DNA of 64,000 bases from Cystobasidiomycetes sp. EMM_F5 (Eukaryota), in NCBI GenBank assembly GCA_051047955.1, contig JBPGPT010000001.1, positions 186,001 through 250,000 of the forward strand, given 5' to 3'. Under the pieces are notes generated by a model. It was not told the DNA's origin, searched no databases, and saw only the letters and a program-made list of their open reading frames with translations. The translations under genes were made by a program, and so were the position numbers. Below are positions 1 to 12,459 of the stretch, in pieces. Numbering within the stretch: the stretch's first letter is position 1; each line of letters opens with the position of its first letter.

Positions 1-1020
1 CGAATATGTCCTTGATGAGCTGCGATGACAGTTTGATCTTGACGTCTCCGCTCTCAGTCTGCTCGGGTCTGGGATCCACCATTTGCGCGCTGCGGCCAGA
101 GATTTGCCCTGATGCGGAAGCTTCTGCTAGAAGCATGTACTCCCTGCCTTCCCAAAACTCTTCGTCACTGATCTGACCTGTTCTCACAAGCTCGGTGTGT
201 AGTGCATTCAACTCTGCGTTTTTTTTCAACAACCGCGAGCGTAAAGTCCAGTCCTTTGTGGGATCCACTTGAGCAGACGCAGCGGCCATTGCCATGGGAC
301 CATTCGCTTGAGTAGATGGAACTACAGCTGAAGACCCTGACGTCGATGCCTGAACTTGTGCAGCCATTACGGCGGCCGCATTTGCAGCCACTTGTGCGGG
401 TGATGGTAAGCCGTTGTACAAACTCGAGTTCGGGCTAACGCCGTTCGCGGCAGGTGTGGAGGGACCAGAGACTGTAGCGGAGTAAGGTGGTGGCATGTTC
501 GCAACGGATGCAGCCGCAGCTTGACGGTTCTTGGCAATGATGAGCGGAATCTCGCGCTTGAAATGCTCACGGTCCGACACTGCCGAAGGACCGGACGTGA
601 AGCTGAGGGGTCCGAGGTACTTTGAGCATCAGTGCGAACCCACCTTGCGTGACAGGAGCTTACGTGAAGTTGTAGGCTTCTTCATTGGAACCGCCCACAA
701 TGTCGAGGACGCCGACCTTGAGGACCACCTTGGCACCGCCTTCCTTGGACACAGATAATGCTGCAATGTTGTCATTGTTGAATAGTAGCAGCTTAGACGA
801 CACATTGCACTCTAGTCACGAAGACTGCAAGCATACAATTTAGACGGCTGTGCTTGAAGCTGAGTTCGCCGTCAGTATTGGTCGAGCCTTGAAGCTGCCA
901 TACGAGATCATTGCGCGTAAGAGTAAGCGTTCCAGGTTTCTTCCTGTAGGATGCGCTAGCTTGACACAGGTTCGCTGGCCCTTTGCCTTTGCCCGGCGAT
1001 TTCCCTGCAAGTGCTGCCAT
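1..1020 (-). CDS. TFB1: TFIIH core subunit p62/Tfb1 (5' part; runs off the left edge; spliced)
   Basis: N-terminal PH-like segment ASYRKKPGTLTLT..LVWQ, then LLFNNDNIAALS..KVVLKV, then a BSD-like stretch (LHTELVRTGQISDEEFWEGREYML...KIKLSSQLIKDIF) read on the minus strand. Confidence 0.85.
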
Positions 1021-3439
1021 AATTTCGAGGTTATGCCTGAGGGATGCAACGTCCTAGAACATCATTTGTCATTGCATACAGACATACATAGTGGTTGCAC
1101 GTATACCAAACCAACTCGGACCCCAAACGCCGATTGTAGGTTGGAAGCGCTTTATTCCAACACAATCGGGATTGTCGACGAGCCGACGACGTTACATGTC
1201 TGTTACAGCAGCTACTTCCACCCGCCACACATTAATATTACTATGTGCAGGCATTTTGGTGCTCGCCAATTAACGAAAAGCTACGTGGGAATCGTCCATC
1301 GATGACGGGCAAGACGGCCAATGGCCTTGACAAATCAGATGCTGTGTGCGAATAGGCAAAGCAAGCGCTAACGGATGATCACTCTTATTGGAGATCAGCG
1401 TCCAGGCCGAAAAGATGCTAGACATCGGAGCCCCCACGCCATCCAGGTCAACAATCTCCCGCGAGAGCATCCCAACAACAACAATAATGTTACATGCATA
1501 CGATGCCATACGTACATACATATAACGGGCCATGTTTATACAATCCCGGACCGGCTCCTGGATATTATTGTAGTCGAGAGCCATGGCCGGTTCTCCCGTC
1601 AGCAGCTGCGGCCCCCAGCGACGCGAAGCAGCACAAGGATCGATTGCGTCTCATCAAGCTGCTGCCACCGATCCTCCCTTTCTGGCGCTAAAAGGACGGT
1701 AATCTTTGGCCAGCCGCTACGTGGACAATGACAGCCTTACGGAAACGGAGGATGCATTGTACGGATGACGGTTCGAGCAGTAGTCGTCTGGTTGCTGAAG
1801 TCTATGCGGTATTACATACTCTGAAGTGCTAAGCGAGACTGTTCAGACAGTTCGCACAGTTCGAACAGTACGCTGTGCAAGAGGGTGATTTTCACTGAAT
1901 TTACTGAATCCGGATGGTTTCCGGTGCGGTGTGATGTCTCGACGCCTGTAGTACAGTAAAGCGCATCTTAGGGGGGTCCTCTGTCGAGCTGGCTGTCGAC
2001 GCTGTCAGTCGGCTGGGTTGTGGCATGATGTCAGCACACCGCGAGTTGATGAGGACGAACGTTTGTTTGTTGATCTTGCCGAACAAGGTTTAGTTACTCG
2101 CTGGAATTCTGGTTCACGCCACGTGACAGCTCGATCGTAATTGGTCGCGTGGGAGCCTGACGTAAGCAACGGCGGAGTCTCGACAAACACAAAGGAGGGA
2201 CAGATAATTTAGTTGCGGCGTCATGGCAGCAGGGATCGAGAGGAATGCTGTCATGGCATCGAGGCACCTGCATGGGTGTCTCTGTTTCGTCGGGTGGAAT
2301 GCAGGAGGCAGCTTGCTTTCTGTCGCTGCGACTCGTTGTTGCTTCAAGTCCTCAATCTGCATAGGGGACGATAACGAAGAAAGTACATGAAATTTCCTGC
2401 TGCCCCAAAACGGCTGCTCCTTCAGGATCCCACCGTTGGAGCGTTCAAGGCCTAGAACCACCTTGCTTGCGATCCGGAGTTAGCGAGGTGCGATACGGAG
2501 CAGGGATTTGCGACGCTCGCGCGGCTCCTGCACAACAGTTTCTGTCAACACGATATTCAGGCAACGAATTAGCGACCAGGATACGGAAACCAACGCTTCG
2601 AAAGCATATTTTCTCTGTTTTATATCCTAGGTGGTTGCCCCCTCCTTGTGGTCCGCATACACGTCAATAGCCATTTAAACAACGCGTAACAGCATATCCT
2701 TCAGAGACACAAGACGTTACAGTAAGTTCGCAAGTTTACAAAATGCAGCTGTCCATTTCGGTCGAGTCGGGCTGAAATTGGGCAGACAGCCGTACCGTAA
2801 TTTACGGGAATCCGGAATCACGTGACTAAATTCTGGAAACGAGGGTCTTGTCAAGATACGGCGCGAAACACGAGAACTCGACGCCCAGGCGAGCAGCATA
2901 CGCCTGTGGATGCTGTGAGGCATACAAACATACTTGCCTGGTGCATTGATAATGGTGAGTGACCGTACTGCCAAACCTCGACAATTGTTCTCGTTTATGT
3001 CCCCGATCCCTGCTCCGGTTCGGGCCGTCTGAGGGAATCCAGGGCTGAGACATGACTGGAAAATCAGCATCAATGTCACAATCTGCAGTCGCGGTTTGAC
3101 ATGCAGCTTTGCAACTTATCGACGCGCAAACCAGGCATGAGAGCAATTTCCTGACATCTGTTAATTTTCCCCTCGTTCGCTTCATTCACCTCTATCTTCC
3201 TACTAACAACGGTGACTGGCGACCTCGCCCTCTGTCATTCTCACCTTTGTATTGGATGCGCAGTGATGATCCAACAGCAATCTGCAACGATCCACGCTCT
3301 CTCAATACTTCGTTACAGAATTGAATCGTCTGCACTCCGAACCGTGCAGCCTCATTTATACAAGAAGAACCCACGCGTACAGCCCTTGTGGTTGGATTGC
3401 ATAGCTGCAGCTCCACTCACTTCTGATCGCTCGTCACCA

Positions 3440-5030
3440 ATGGATACGGGAGAAGCGCTGGATGCTTCAGCAGAGCCGGCAGCCATCGCTCCCGAGTTGC
3501 CTCTCAGCAATGTATCTTTATTCAAAGGGGCGCAGGACCGGCCGTTCCTGCAGGAAACAGTGTCTCCCGTACCGTCTACGTCTAGAAATTCATATAGTGT
3601 CTCGCTAAGGCCAGATGATCACGATATACAGAATGTCGGAAGGGCGCATGGACGCGGAAGGAACAAAGGAGAATCCGCAGATGATTCCGGAACCAGGTCG
3701 CATGCCTTCGTCACCAAGGTTGCTGTTAAGTCTGAGAGGAAGAAAACAAGTACGAGCAACGCCGCTCACAGCAGGTCTCCAGAAGGAGACAAAAGCGTGC
3801 GACCGAAACGGAAGAGAATCAGTCAGGATCAGCTGAACGTGCTACTGAATCTCTTTACTCAAACCGACACTCCATCCTTCGAGCTGAGGGAGAATGTTGC
3901 TCAGCAATTAGGCATGTCCAACAGGGAAGTGCAGGTAAGTTCATGCCACCTTGTTCTGTTTTCGTGTGAAGGTGCTAAGTTGAAGGTATGCACAGGTCTG
4001 GTTTCAAAACCGTCGTGCAAAGGAAAGAGTGAATCGACACAAGCAGTACACAGCCCAGCCGGAATTAGTACAGGGCATGAGCTCCACGGGACTGGCGGGC
4101 GGTGCTTTGGCCCCTTCTGCTATTGCTGAGACATCCGAGGATACCTACACTCGTCGCAAGTCGTCGTCGAGCTCTAGCTCGCCAACAGCGTATCAAACTA
4201 CTGCTTCACCCCCGCCTGTACCACAAGATCAGTGGCACATGTCGGTCGCCGGTCCAGTTGCCAAATTATCGCCTGGCGTGTCATACAACCAGCATTTGTC
4301 CTCGGTAAATGAGCTCGTTCCGATGCAATCCCGCTCTCCTCCCGGTGTGGAAATCTACGCGAACCAGCGCGATCCGTCTTGGTTCACTTCGGAAGGCTTG
4401 CCCCCAGCTACCGGACCTGCGCGGCCAAGAGGCACTCGATTCTTGTCCTACCAGCCGGAGCCAATGTCCCGCCCTTCGCAAGGGAGGCCGCCGTATTGGC
4501 ATGCTCGCTCTGCCTCCCTCAGTACCAACGGAGAGCGCGATGCTTGGGCCAGCTACCGCCAACAAGCATCAGGCCTGCCAAACTCCGAGGAGAGCTTGAC
4601 AAATCTACCGTTGCCGCCCGCATATGTCATGCCAACGCCGACAGATCCTAGCCAAGGGCGTCCAGCTCGGGAGACATCGCTGCACTGTCCCGATAACGTA
4701 CAAGGCTGGGAACGGCAAGCTCTGCCAAGAGCGATGGCGGTCGATCCATCTCTGGCAGATCGCAGACAAAATCGATTGCCGCCTATAAAGCTCTTGCTCG
4801 ACATAGCAGACGCTGCAGATGCACAGCAGTCTATGCCGCCGGGGACTGCTTCTTCCACTTCGTCAGCAGTTCCTTCGTCCAGCCACTCCTTGTACTCCCC
4901 CTTCTCCCACTTCCATATCGCCAGTACAGAGCATCCCGCATACGAGGTCCCCCCTGCCGGATCCTACTTTGACGTCCGCACGATAACGCCTAAGAATCCC
5001 AAGGAACCGTCGTCTGCTAGATCGAGATAG
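3440..5030 (+). CDS. Homeodomain transcription factor (2 exons; intron 3935-3995)
   Basis: Splicing GTAAGT(3935)..CACAG(3995) gives RPKRKRISQDQLNVLLNLFTQTDTPSFELRENVAQQLGMSNREVQ|VWFQNRRAK, a canonical homeodomain. It is followed by an S/P-rich tail containing RLPPIKLLL. Confidence 0.93.
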
Positions 5031-5217
5031 TGATGGAGAAGGCGCTCGGCCAGTAAAACAGCATAAACAGTTGCAGGCCGATACAGTCCACGACAATTAG
5101 CCCAAGAAGGCTGCGTGTATAATTTGCATCAAGCTGCATCTCAATTCAGTTCAGGTTGAGCCCCCGTGATGTTGTTTGTATCCATCGAAGTGGAAGTAAT
5201 CAGAGCGATTCGTCTAG

Positions 5218-6203
5218 CTATCGTCCTGGTACGAGATGTTCGCCGGTGATGGCATCGATCTTGAATGACTCGCTGCTATTGTCCAGGCCGTCTGCCGCGT
5301 CTTGAGCTGCCTCATCTCCGCATCCACAGTCGTACAGTCCTTCGAGCTGATATAGAGGATCAGATGTTGGTGTTAGAATTGAACTTGTGAGGCTGGTACA
5401 TACGTTGGTACAGTCAAACTCCGGCTTGTCTAGTCGCGCATTGACACGATTATGAATGGCGCACAGCCACATGGAGGCTGACTTCTGCGACGATGTCTAA
5501 GAGGTGAGTGGCAGGTTGAGCCATGGTGGGTTTACTTGCAGGATGACGTGAGGAGACGCACTTGTGGAGGGAGATCCTGCAGTAATTTTTGGAAGTGTGC
5601 CGCACACTCTCCGCAAGGATACAAGCGCGCGAAGAGATACATATAGCTACGAAATGCCTGTTTCTCGTCGGCAGTCTGTGCAGTCACGAGCGGACATGAA
5701 CTCCAGTCAGGCAAGCATGCGATGTGGAACGAGCATACGCACCGGATGTTGAGGATAGCTGACGCCATGCACAGCATAGAAGTCAGCTCAGCTTGCAAAT
5801 GACACGCACGATGCATACCGTTGTGCCATTGTGTGAAGAAGCTGTGCAATCGTATGTCAGTCACAGCCTATTGTATGGAGCCTGGTTGAGCTTACCTTCC
5901 AACTTGCCCTACCCAGCTCCGCTCTAAGCGTAGCAAGTGCACCGTCAGCTGATTGCGGCGAGACGGCTATATACGAAATTCCATCTACTTTGCTGTCTCG
6001 TTCTTGAGCTTTGGCATAATCACACCGCCAGTAACTTCGTCGCCGACGGCGTACTGCGACTGCAAACCGATTGAAGTAGTCGCATCGTTCTTTGGTGCGG
6101 GAGCTGCTGTCATGTGGAGCCACAAGAATGTCGGAATGATGAGTAGGGCGCTGCAGATCAGGAAAGGGAGCAAAACGCCAGATGGCCGGAGTGAGCGTGC
6201 CAT
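5218..6203 (-). CDS. ERV2: Erv2-type FAD-linked sulfhydryl oxidase (multi-exon)
   Basis: N-terminal TM/signal, then ELGRASWK|LLHTMAQR|YP, active-site YPCGECA, WLCAIHNRVNARLDKPEFDC and C-terminal YDCGC. Confidence 0.93.
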
Positions 6204-6571
6204 GGCGTCTATAGTAGAGTTCAATGATGCGAATATGCTCGCCCAGACGCAGAACTTTGCATGGATGCGATTGGATTGAGGCAAAGTCGAAGTCGGACGA
6301 AGTGCAAGTACAGCGTGGCTCGAAAGCAACTGGCAGCTGTACGCGGAGTGAGGAATCTGTCTACGCTCTAGCTATATGAGAACGTTCTATGGCATTTCTT
6401 CGGCAATCGCAGCTTCACGCCCGCTCTTTACGCGACATCCGTTCTTATTTGGCCGCGACGGCTCGGATACGAGACCTTCGCTTCAGACGGGCGCACATGG
6501 TCGTTTCTGATTTCTGATGGTTTTACACCACTAATGCACCTCAAATAAAATCCTTCTACTGAACCAGCAAC

Positions 6572-7573
6572 ATGTCGCACCAAGCCATCGTGCGGGCAGC
6601 GTCTCACAATGATGAAATGCAGGCTTGCCCATTCGTGTGTAGTAGCATTCGGCTGAGCTGGCACACAACTTACGACGTAACGTCTGCATACAGCAGCTCG
6701 CCTTGAGTCTGGGGATCCCCTTCGTGGAGGTCGACGTCCACCTCGTAGACGGCGCGCTGTTGGCTGCGCACGCTACTAGCGACATTAACCCCACTAGAAC
6801 ATTGGAGGCTCTCTATCTGAAGCCTCTGTTAGAGATGCTGCGCGATGCCAATGGACACAACGGCACACCTGACGACGCTCCTCCAACCGGCATCTTTCCA
6901 TCAGTACCGAAACAGACTTTATACTTACTCATTGATGTTGTGGGTTGTTAAAACCGCCGTCATACGGCATAAAACTCATCGAAGAGCTTTCAACAGAAAA
7001 ATGTTCCAGACTCGACCTTCTCCGCATTGCTTCTGACACTCCAGCCATTCATAGACGAGAATTGGCTCACTGTCTACATGGATGGCAGAATGCAGCATGG
7101 TCCTGTTACAATTGTGGGGACTGGCGATACGCCCATAGCCAGAGTGGTCAATGCTACGCCCCGTTATATCTTTTACGATGCGCCATTCGTTGACATTGAC
7201 AAGGGCTTTGATATGCCCGATGGTCAGCACTTGGACTGGACCAAGGAAGTGTCACCAGTATGCAGCAGCAGATGGATGTGGAAAATCTTGTACCCCAGTG
7301 CTGATACTCTGCGAGAATACTCGAACCGAGCTCATGCAAGAGGAATACAGACCCGTTGGTGGGATGTGCCGCGCTGGCCAGGGTTTTTGAGACGCTCGCT
7401 CTGGTCTCTGCAACTACAGGCTGGAGTCGATTGGATAAATGCGGATGATTTGCAAGAGTAAGACAGATTCACCTCCTTTTGAGGAAATCTTCTGACCTTT
7501 CTGTTTTCACTATAGCGTTGCCAAATTCCTTCGAGAAGACGATAAGGCTGTCATCGATTGCCAGAGCAAGTAG
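6572..7573 (+). CDS. AIM6-like PLC-like phosphodiesterase-fold protein (multi-exon)
   Basis: Spliced SHNDEMQACPF|QLALSLGIPFVEVDVHL, RTLEALYLKPL, QTLYLLIDV, PVTIVGTG, AHARGIQTRWWDVP and GVDWINADDL match the AIM6/PI-PLC-like family pattern. Start codon inferred. Confidence 0.8.
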
Positions 7574-7666
7574 CGTACGTATATACCCATATTTGTAGTG
7601 CGGGCCCGGCAATCCTTCTGTACCGGTACTGCTGCCCCACCCATAGACGACAGATTCAAAGATTCT

Positions 7667-9170
7667 TCACGCAAATGGATCCATTTGGTCGAATGTTTTC
7701 TGAGACTCTGATTTTTTGGCTCGTTTTGCCTGTGCTACCTCTTCCGCTTCAGCAGCACGCTTCTTATACCTAAAACAAGCTCACGAGTCAGTATCTGGTA
7801 GTGACTCCGCAAATCGGCCTACAGTGCAGAATTTGGATCTTTTTCTGGATTCGTACAGTATTTTAAGCGACGATCGATATCACGGACGCTTTCGATGTTG
7901 ACGGCTTGTTTGCCTTTGTCGTACAAGCGGACGATATCATCGATCGCAGTCTGAAGGTACTTGTCGATTGGATTCGGTCCCGAGATCTCGTCTTTGTCCT
8001 CGTTGGCTTTGGCTGTAGGTTCTTTCGGCGAGCCGTTTTCCGTTTTCAGAGTGCCATTAGAGGCAGATGGCGCCTGCGGGCGTATTTTGCTGGCTGTGGC
8101 CGCCTGCATCTTGCTACTCAGCCACTTCTCAGTCAGGCTTGGATCCGCTGCGTGAAAAGCAGCAAGTGCGAGTTGTGAAGGGGTATACAGGAACTCTGCA
8201 TCCGTTAAGCGAAGGGCCAGAATTGCCGATAGTGCTTTCGGCCAGGTTTCATGTACGAGATAATCGACATTGGCAGTAGCTCCTGCCAGAAGGGTCTGTT
8301 GTCGATTGCGTTAATGAAGAGTGGCACGGGCGCGGTTTCGAGTGTCACGTACCTGCATGTCAAGCATGATTCCCAGCCCTGCAGTTTCAGCATGATGTAT
8401 CTTGAATTCAAATCTCAGACTCTGTGCCACTAGGAACTCCAATCCTAGCACATCTTCACGTGTACACTTTGGTATTTTTGACGTGAACGCGTCTATTCCC
8501 CCATAGAGCAGGCTGTTTTCGGTCTTGCAGGCGAGGAACAGGCAGGTGAGCCTACACAAGACGTGAGCATATCGTCAGCTCCAGTAGCAGCATTTTCGCA
8601 ATGCCGAATCATACATGACGTTTTTAGGATGATAGTCCATGCAGGTATTTCGCAGGTAGAAGCGTTTGAGATATGTCATCGAGGTGCTTTCGACGTGACT
8701 GGGAAACTTGAACATTCGACAAAGCCTTACGAGCTGCGTGAGGTAGTATGCAACCAGCGCAATCTCGTCGGAAACCGATAAATAAGCTACGTTTGACGAA
8801 GAATTTGAAGCGGCATCCATCGCGTTGTCGGAGGCAGCTTGTTCCTGGAGGACATCCTTGTCTATCAGTACGACAAAAGCTTCCTAGCAATCCGACAAGC
8901 CTTACCTGCTGCTCCTCTTTTCGTAAAGCCTGAACACGACTTATGGCGCTCTGGTTCAAATCGGCGCGCGCATCCTGCAACGACTTTGCTGAATATCGCC
9001 AGTGCCTGCAATTGGATCCTCAGCGTTGGTCTTTGTATTGGCTGGGTTCTGATTATGCACCGGTACTGTGACGACAGTTCGTACAGCGGAACTTGGACAG
9101 GGGCAGCCGAATTCATCGTGGGACTGTCATGATTGGCTTCAGCAGCACGTTTCGCTTTGGCGCTCGACAT
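7667..9170 (-). CDS. CCL1: Cyclin H / Ccl1 (TFIIK/CAK cyclin; multi-exon)
   Basis: LYELSSQYR|HWRYS, cyclin box TSMTYLKRFYLRNTCMDYHPKNVM|LTCLFLACKTEN, LEFLVAQSLRFEF, IDRRLKYCTNPEKDPNSAL. The last exon ends MDPFA*. Confidence 0.93.
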
Positions 9171-9409
9171 GAATCTTGCGTTTGCCCCAGTTGGTGCAAA
9201 TCAGGACTGAGCCATACACGCGTGCTTTACGTCTCGTTCTGCCATGCCAACTCATGGATCATGCTGCACGTTGGATAGGCACTCTGAATTCGTCCAAGTA
9301 TGCTTCTAGACGTGCTGCTGGGCTCGTAGGAAGACACTCGAGCAGCTAAAGCGAGCAGCGTCATCCATTTACATTGCCACAAGCACAAGCCGATACCTCC
9401 AATCCCGAC

Positions 9410-12280
9410 ATGAGCCATGATGCAGCCACGGTCACTGCTGCGGGACTCAGTGAGACTCGTGCATCGTCTAGGTCACCGGAGGATGGCCCCGGCGACATGA
9501 GCGGCAAGCGTGAGCCTGTCAGTTCACCGTACCGAACCCAACAGATCCCATCCAGTAGGCCATTGCGTGCGACGGATGTTCCTTTCGCAGAGCTTACTGC
9601 ATCCTGTTCTGTCTGCCCAGACAACACAACGTCGCTCGCGCGGTTACCTGAATATAATCTCCCGAAACTCTCCCCAGGACGAGATTGGCAAACGATACCT
9701 GAAGGCGGTAGTGAGACCGACGTAGTGTTCGTTGATGATGTTCCCTCGGTCGACGATGACTCCGAGATCCAGCCAAGTGCGCCGCTCGGTACAACTAGTG
9801 ATGCGCCACCTTTACCATCGGCAGCTATATTCCATGAAAGCGACTTACATAGCGCTGACCTGCACGATGGAGCTGGTGAGTATGAGGATCCAACACTAGA
9901 AAGGCTGCAGCCAGCATCTTCTGAGCATACCCTATGGTCCGGTCCATTAGCAGCGAATGGTTTTCCTGCGGGTTTTGTCGAAGCTAGGCCTCGCTCCACG
10001 AATAGCACTCATTCGCTACCGTCAACACATGGCCCAGCTACAGCTTCCCGTCATTCCGGCAGTTCGCGTCGCGATACAAGAAACGAGCGAGAAGCATCGC
10101 GCACGCTTAGCCAGAATAGGATCCTCTCTGCATCCATCAGCTCTACTACTTCTGAGCCTCAGATAACGAATGACCGTCTCAAGTCGTTTGAGCGTATGTT
10201 GGGCCGAGCTATGCAATATCTCACCGATTCAGACAGCAATGCCGATAAATGTCCGGACGATATTTGGCTGTTGGGTGTAAGACACGATGGCTGGCGGCCC
10301 GAGTCACACTACACGGCTGCATCTACTAGCAGGACATCGAGTCCCTCCGGGAGTCCTACGAACGGCGCACGTTCCTATAAATCGCGAAAGTTGAGTAGGC
10401 GATCAGATGGACTGCCTGCTAATGGACAACAAAACAATGCCAACACCGATTCGGCCCACTTGTCTCCGCCTTCTTCGCAAGATACCTTGCCATCTGCGTC
10501 ACCGAGGAAAAAGGCAGGTGCCCTGTTTAAGGCTCTGAGAAACGGGGGCGTCCATCCCATGCCAAAGACCAATATCCTTGATACCCTTTCCCGCTCGCCA
10601 CCTCGCCTCAAAGGTAGAGATAGCTCCTCTTCATCAAGTAGTATGATGAGCTCGCCTATGTCCAGGCAGTCTAGCACGGCATCAGCCGCAGATACTGCTT
10701 CCGTGACGTCGGCTGGCAGAGGAGCCAGCCCAGATGCGACTCTACGGGCTGTTGACGGCGTACTCGCAACGTCTCACCTCGACACCTTCGCTGACACTAA
10801 GCTGAGTCACGGCTGGCCGCCGTCCTTCTACTGGGACTTTTGCTCCCGAATACAGCTCACTTACCGCAGCGGTTTCTCCGGCATTATTCCAAGTAACCAC
10901 TCGCCAGTGCCGGTCAAAAGTACCAGTAGCTCAATGTCTACCGCTTTCTCGAGCATGATGTCTGGTCTGAGCGCAAGCCTTGGCAGAAGTGCTGGTCAGA
11001 CAACCCAAGAGGCTAGTTCAAAGCCCAGTGGAATGACGACCGATACCGGTTGGGGATGCATGCTCCGGACTGGCCAATCGCTTTTGGCCAATGCGCTGGC
11101 TGCTGTACATCTTGGACGAAACTGGCAGCGCGGCATGCCCGGAAGTGTCAAGATCGAGGGGCAAGATTCGAGAAACTTTGGCAGATATGTGAGATTGTTG
11201 TCGCTTTTCATGGACGACCCAGACAACAGCCTATGTCCGTTCAGCGTTCATCAATTTGCAGCTGAAGGCGAGAAACTAGGCAAGAACGTAGGTGAATGGT
11301 TCGGGCCATCCACTGCGGCAGGGGCCATAAAAGCTCTCACCTCTGGCTGGAGTCCAGCCGATCTTGGTGTCCTGGTGGCGTACGATACCACCGTATATCA
11401 AGATCAAATCTTCTCGGCAGCGGCAGACCCATCAGCTTCGAGCCCATCATGGAGCCGACCTGTCCTCATCCTTGTTCCACTGCGTTTGGGCATTACGGGA
11501 GTCAACCCAATCTACCAACAGTCTATCAAGCACTTCTTCTCTTTGCCGCAATGCGTTGGCATTGCTGGTGGTCGTCCTTCAAGCTCTTATTACTTTGTCG
11601 CTGCTCAAGGGTCGGACCTCGTATATATTGACCCTCATCATACGAAACCCGCCACTCGTCGACCGTATTTACAGGCAGACGTCCGCAATATGACCGGCTC
11701 TATCCGACTGTCGCCGGGCGGGGACAATGTGGAAAATACTCAAGAATCGCCACAGCGGGAGCTGCTTGAGAAAGCGTATGCTGCGCAATACAATTCGCAT
11801 GACCTAGACTCGTATCACTGCGACAAAGTTCGAAAGATGCCTATCGCTAGCTTAGATCCTTCGATGCTGGTTGGTCTATTGTGCCAATCGCGTGATGATT
11901 GGGACGATCTTTGTAGACGCATGAAGGAAGCCTCACTTGGATCCACTGCCATAATACACATTGCGCAAGCGGTTCCGGCTTGGATGCGTGCTCCCAGTCG
12001 TACAATCAGCAGTGCGGATGTAGTACCTGCAGAATCTGGTGGCAGAGCTGCCCACTCGAATGCGAACGCATCGCACTCGCCTCTAGACAAATTAGCAGAC
12101 GATACAGACTCGGACGATTGGGACATTGATGACTCTGACGGCATGCTGGAAGACGATGACGATGTCCATGCTCCTGCGACAAAGGGAGCTTTGGGCGAGT
12201 GGGACAATGTGGAACCTGCTCTGGCTCATGACGGCGATACGTCCATCGACAGCTCTCGTCTTCGAACGCAGAATACTTGA
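9410..12280 (+). CDS. ATG4: Atg4 cysteine protease (peptidase C54), intronless
   Basis: RIQLTYRSGF, catalytic DTGWGCMLRTGQSLLANAL, GEWFGPS, GIAGGRPSSSYYF, YIDPHH and LDPSMLVG. Confidence 0.96.
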   Translation: MSHDAATVTAAGLSETRASSRSPEDGPGDMSGKREPVSSPYRTQQIPSSRPLRATDVPFAELTASCSVCPDNTTSLARLPEYNLPKLSPGRDWQTIPEGGSETDVVFVDDVPSVDDDSEIQPSAPLGTTSDAPPLPSAAIFHESDLHSADLHDGAGEYEDPTLERLQPASSEHTLWSGPLAANGFPAGFVEARPRSTNSTHSLPSTHGPATASRHSGSSRRDTRNEREASRTLSQNRILSASISSTTSEPQITNDRLKSFERMLGRAMQYLTDSDSNADKCPDDIWLLGVRHDGWRPESHYTAASTSRTSSPSGSPTNGARSYKSRKLSRRSDGLPANGQQNNANTDSAHLSPPSSQDTLPSASPRKKAGALFKALRNGGVHPMPKTNILDTLSRSPPRLKGRDSSSSSSSMMSSPMSRQSSTASAADTASVTSAGRGASPDATLRAVDGVLATSHLDTFADTKLSHGWPPSFYWDFCSRIQLTYRSGFSGIIPSNHSPVPVKSTSSSMSTAFSSMMSGLSASLGRSAGQTTQEASSKPSGMTTDTGWGCMLRTGQSLLANALAAVHLGRNWQRGMPGSVKIEGQDSRNFGRYVRLLSLFMDDPDNSLCPFSVHQFAAEGEKLGKNVGEWFGPSTAAGAIKALTSGWSPADLGVLVAYDTTVYQDQIFSAAADPSASSPSWSRPVLILVPLRLGITGVNPIYQQSIKHFFSLPQCVGIAGGRPSSSYYFVAAQGSDLVYIDPHHTKPATRRPYLQADVRNMTGSIRLSPGGDNVENTQESPQRELLEKAYAAQYNSHDLDSYHCDKVRKMPIASLDPSMLVGLLCQSRDDWDDLCRRMKEASLGSTAIIHIAQAVPAWMRAPSRTISSADVVPAESGGRAAHSNANASHSPLDKLADDTDSDDWDIDDSDGMLEDDDDVHAPATKGALGEWDNVEPALAHDGDTSIDSSRLRTQNT

Positions 12281-12459
12281 ATCTGCTTTTTGGTTTGGTT
12301 ACGATGTGTTTCTACCAGCATCGTCAAGGACGATCACTGATTTTTTTGATCAATATAGCTGTGTATACATTGCCCATGTAGCTATAGTAGCGATGTTTCA
12401 ACGACATACCGTATATCACTTGGCGGCTGCAAATCTGCATGCTTGTGTCCGCCTTTGCA

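Noticed and set aside
1838..1870. ACAGTTCG short repeats with a small inverted flank (heat-shock-element-like)
   Set aside because: The TTC periodicity is 9 nt and does not match HSE spacing; too short to be significant.
3440..5030. Homeobox gene as a mating-type HD locus
   Set aside because: No divergent HD1/HD2 partner, pheromone or receptor gene was recognised nearby. The domain is a generic WFQNRR homeodomain.
5203..5220. ERV2 stop in a TAG-CTA readthrough-like context
   Set aside because: The extension would be only x-LDESL*, with no recognisable PTS1 or ER-retrieval signal.
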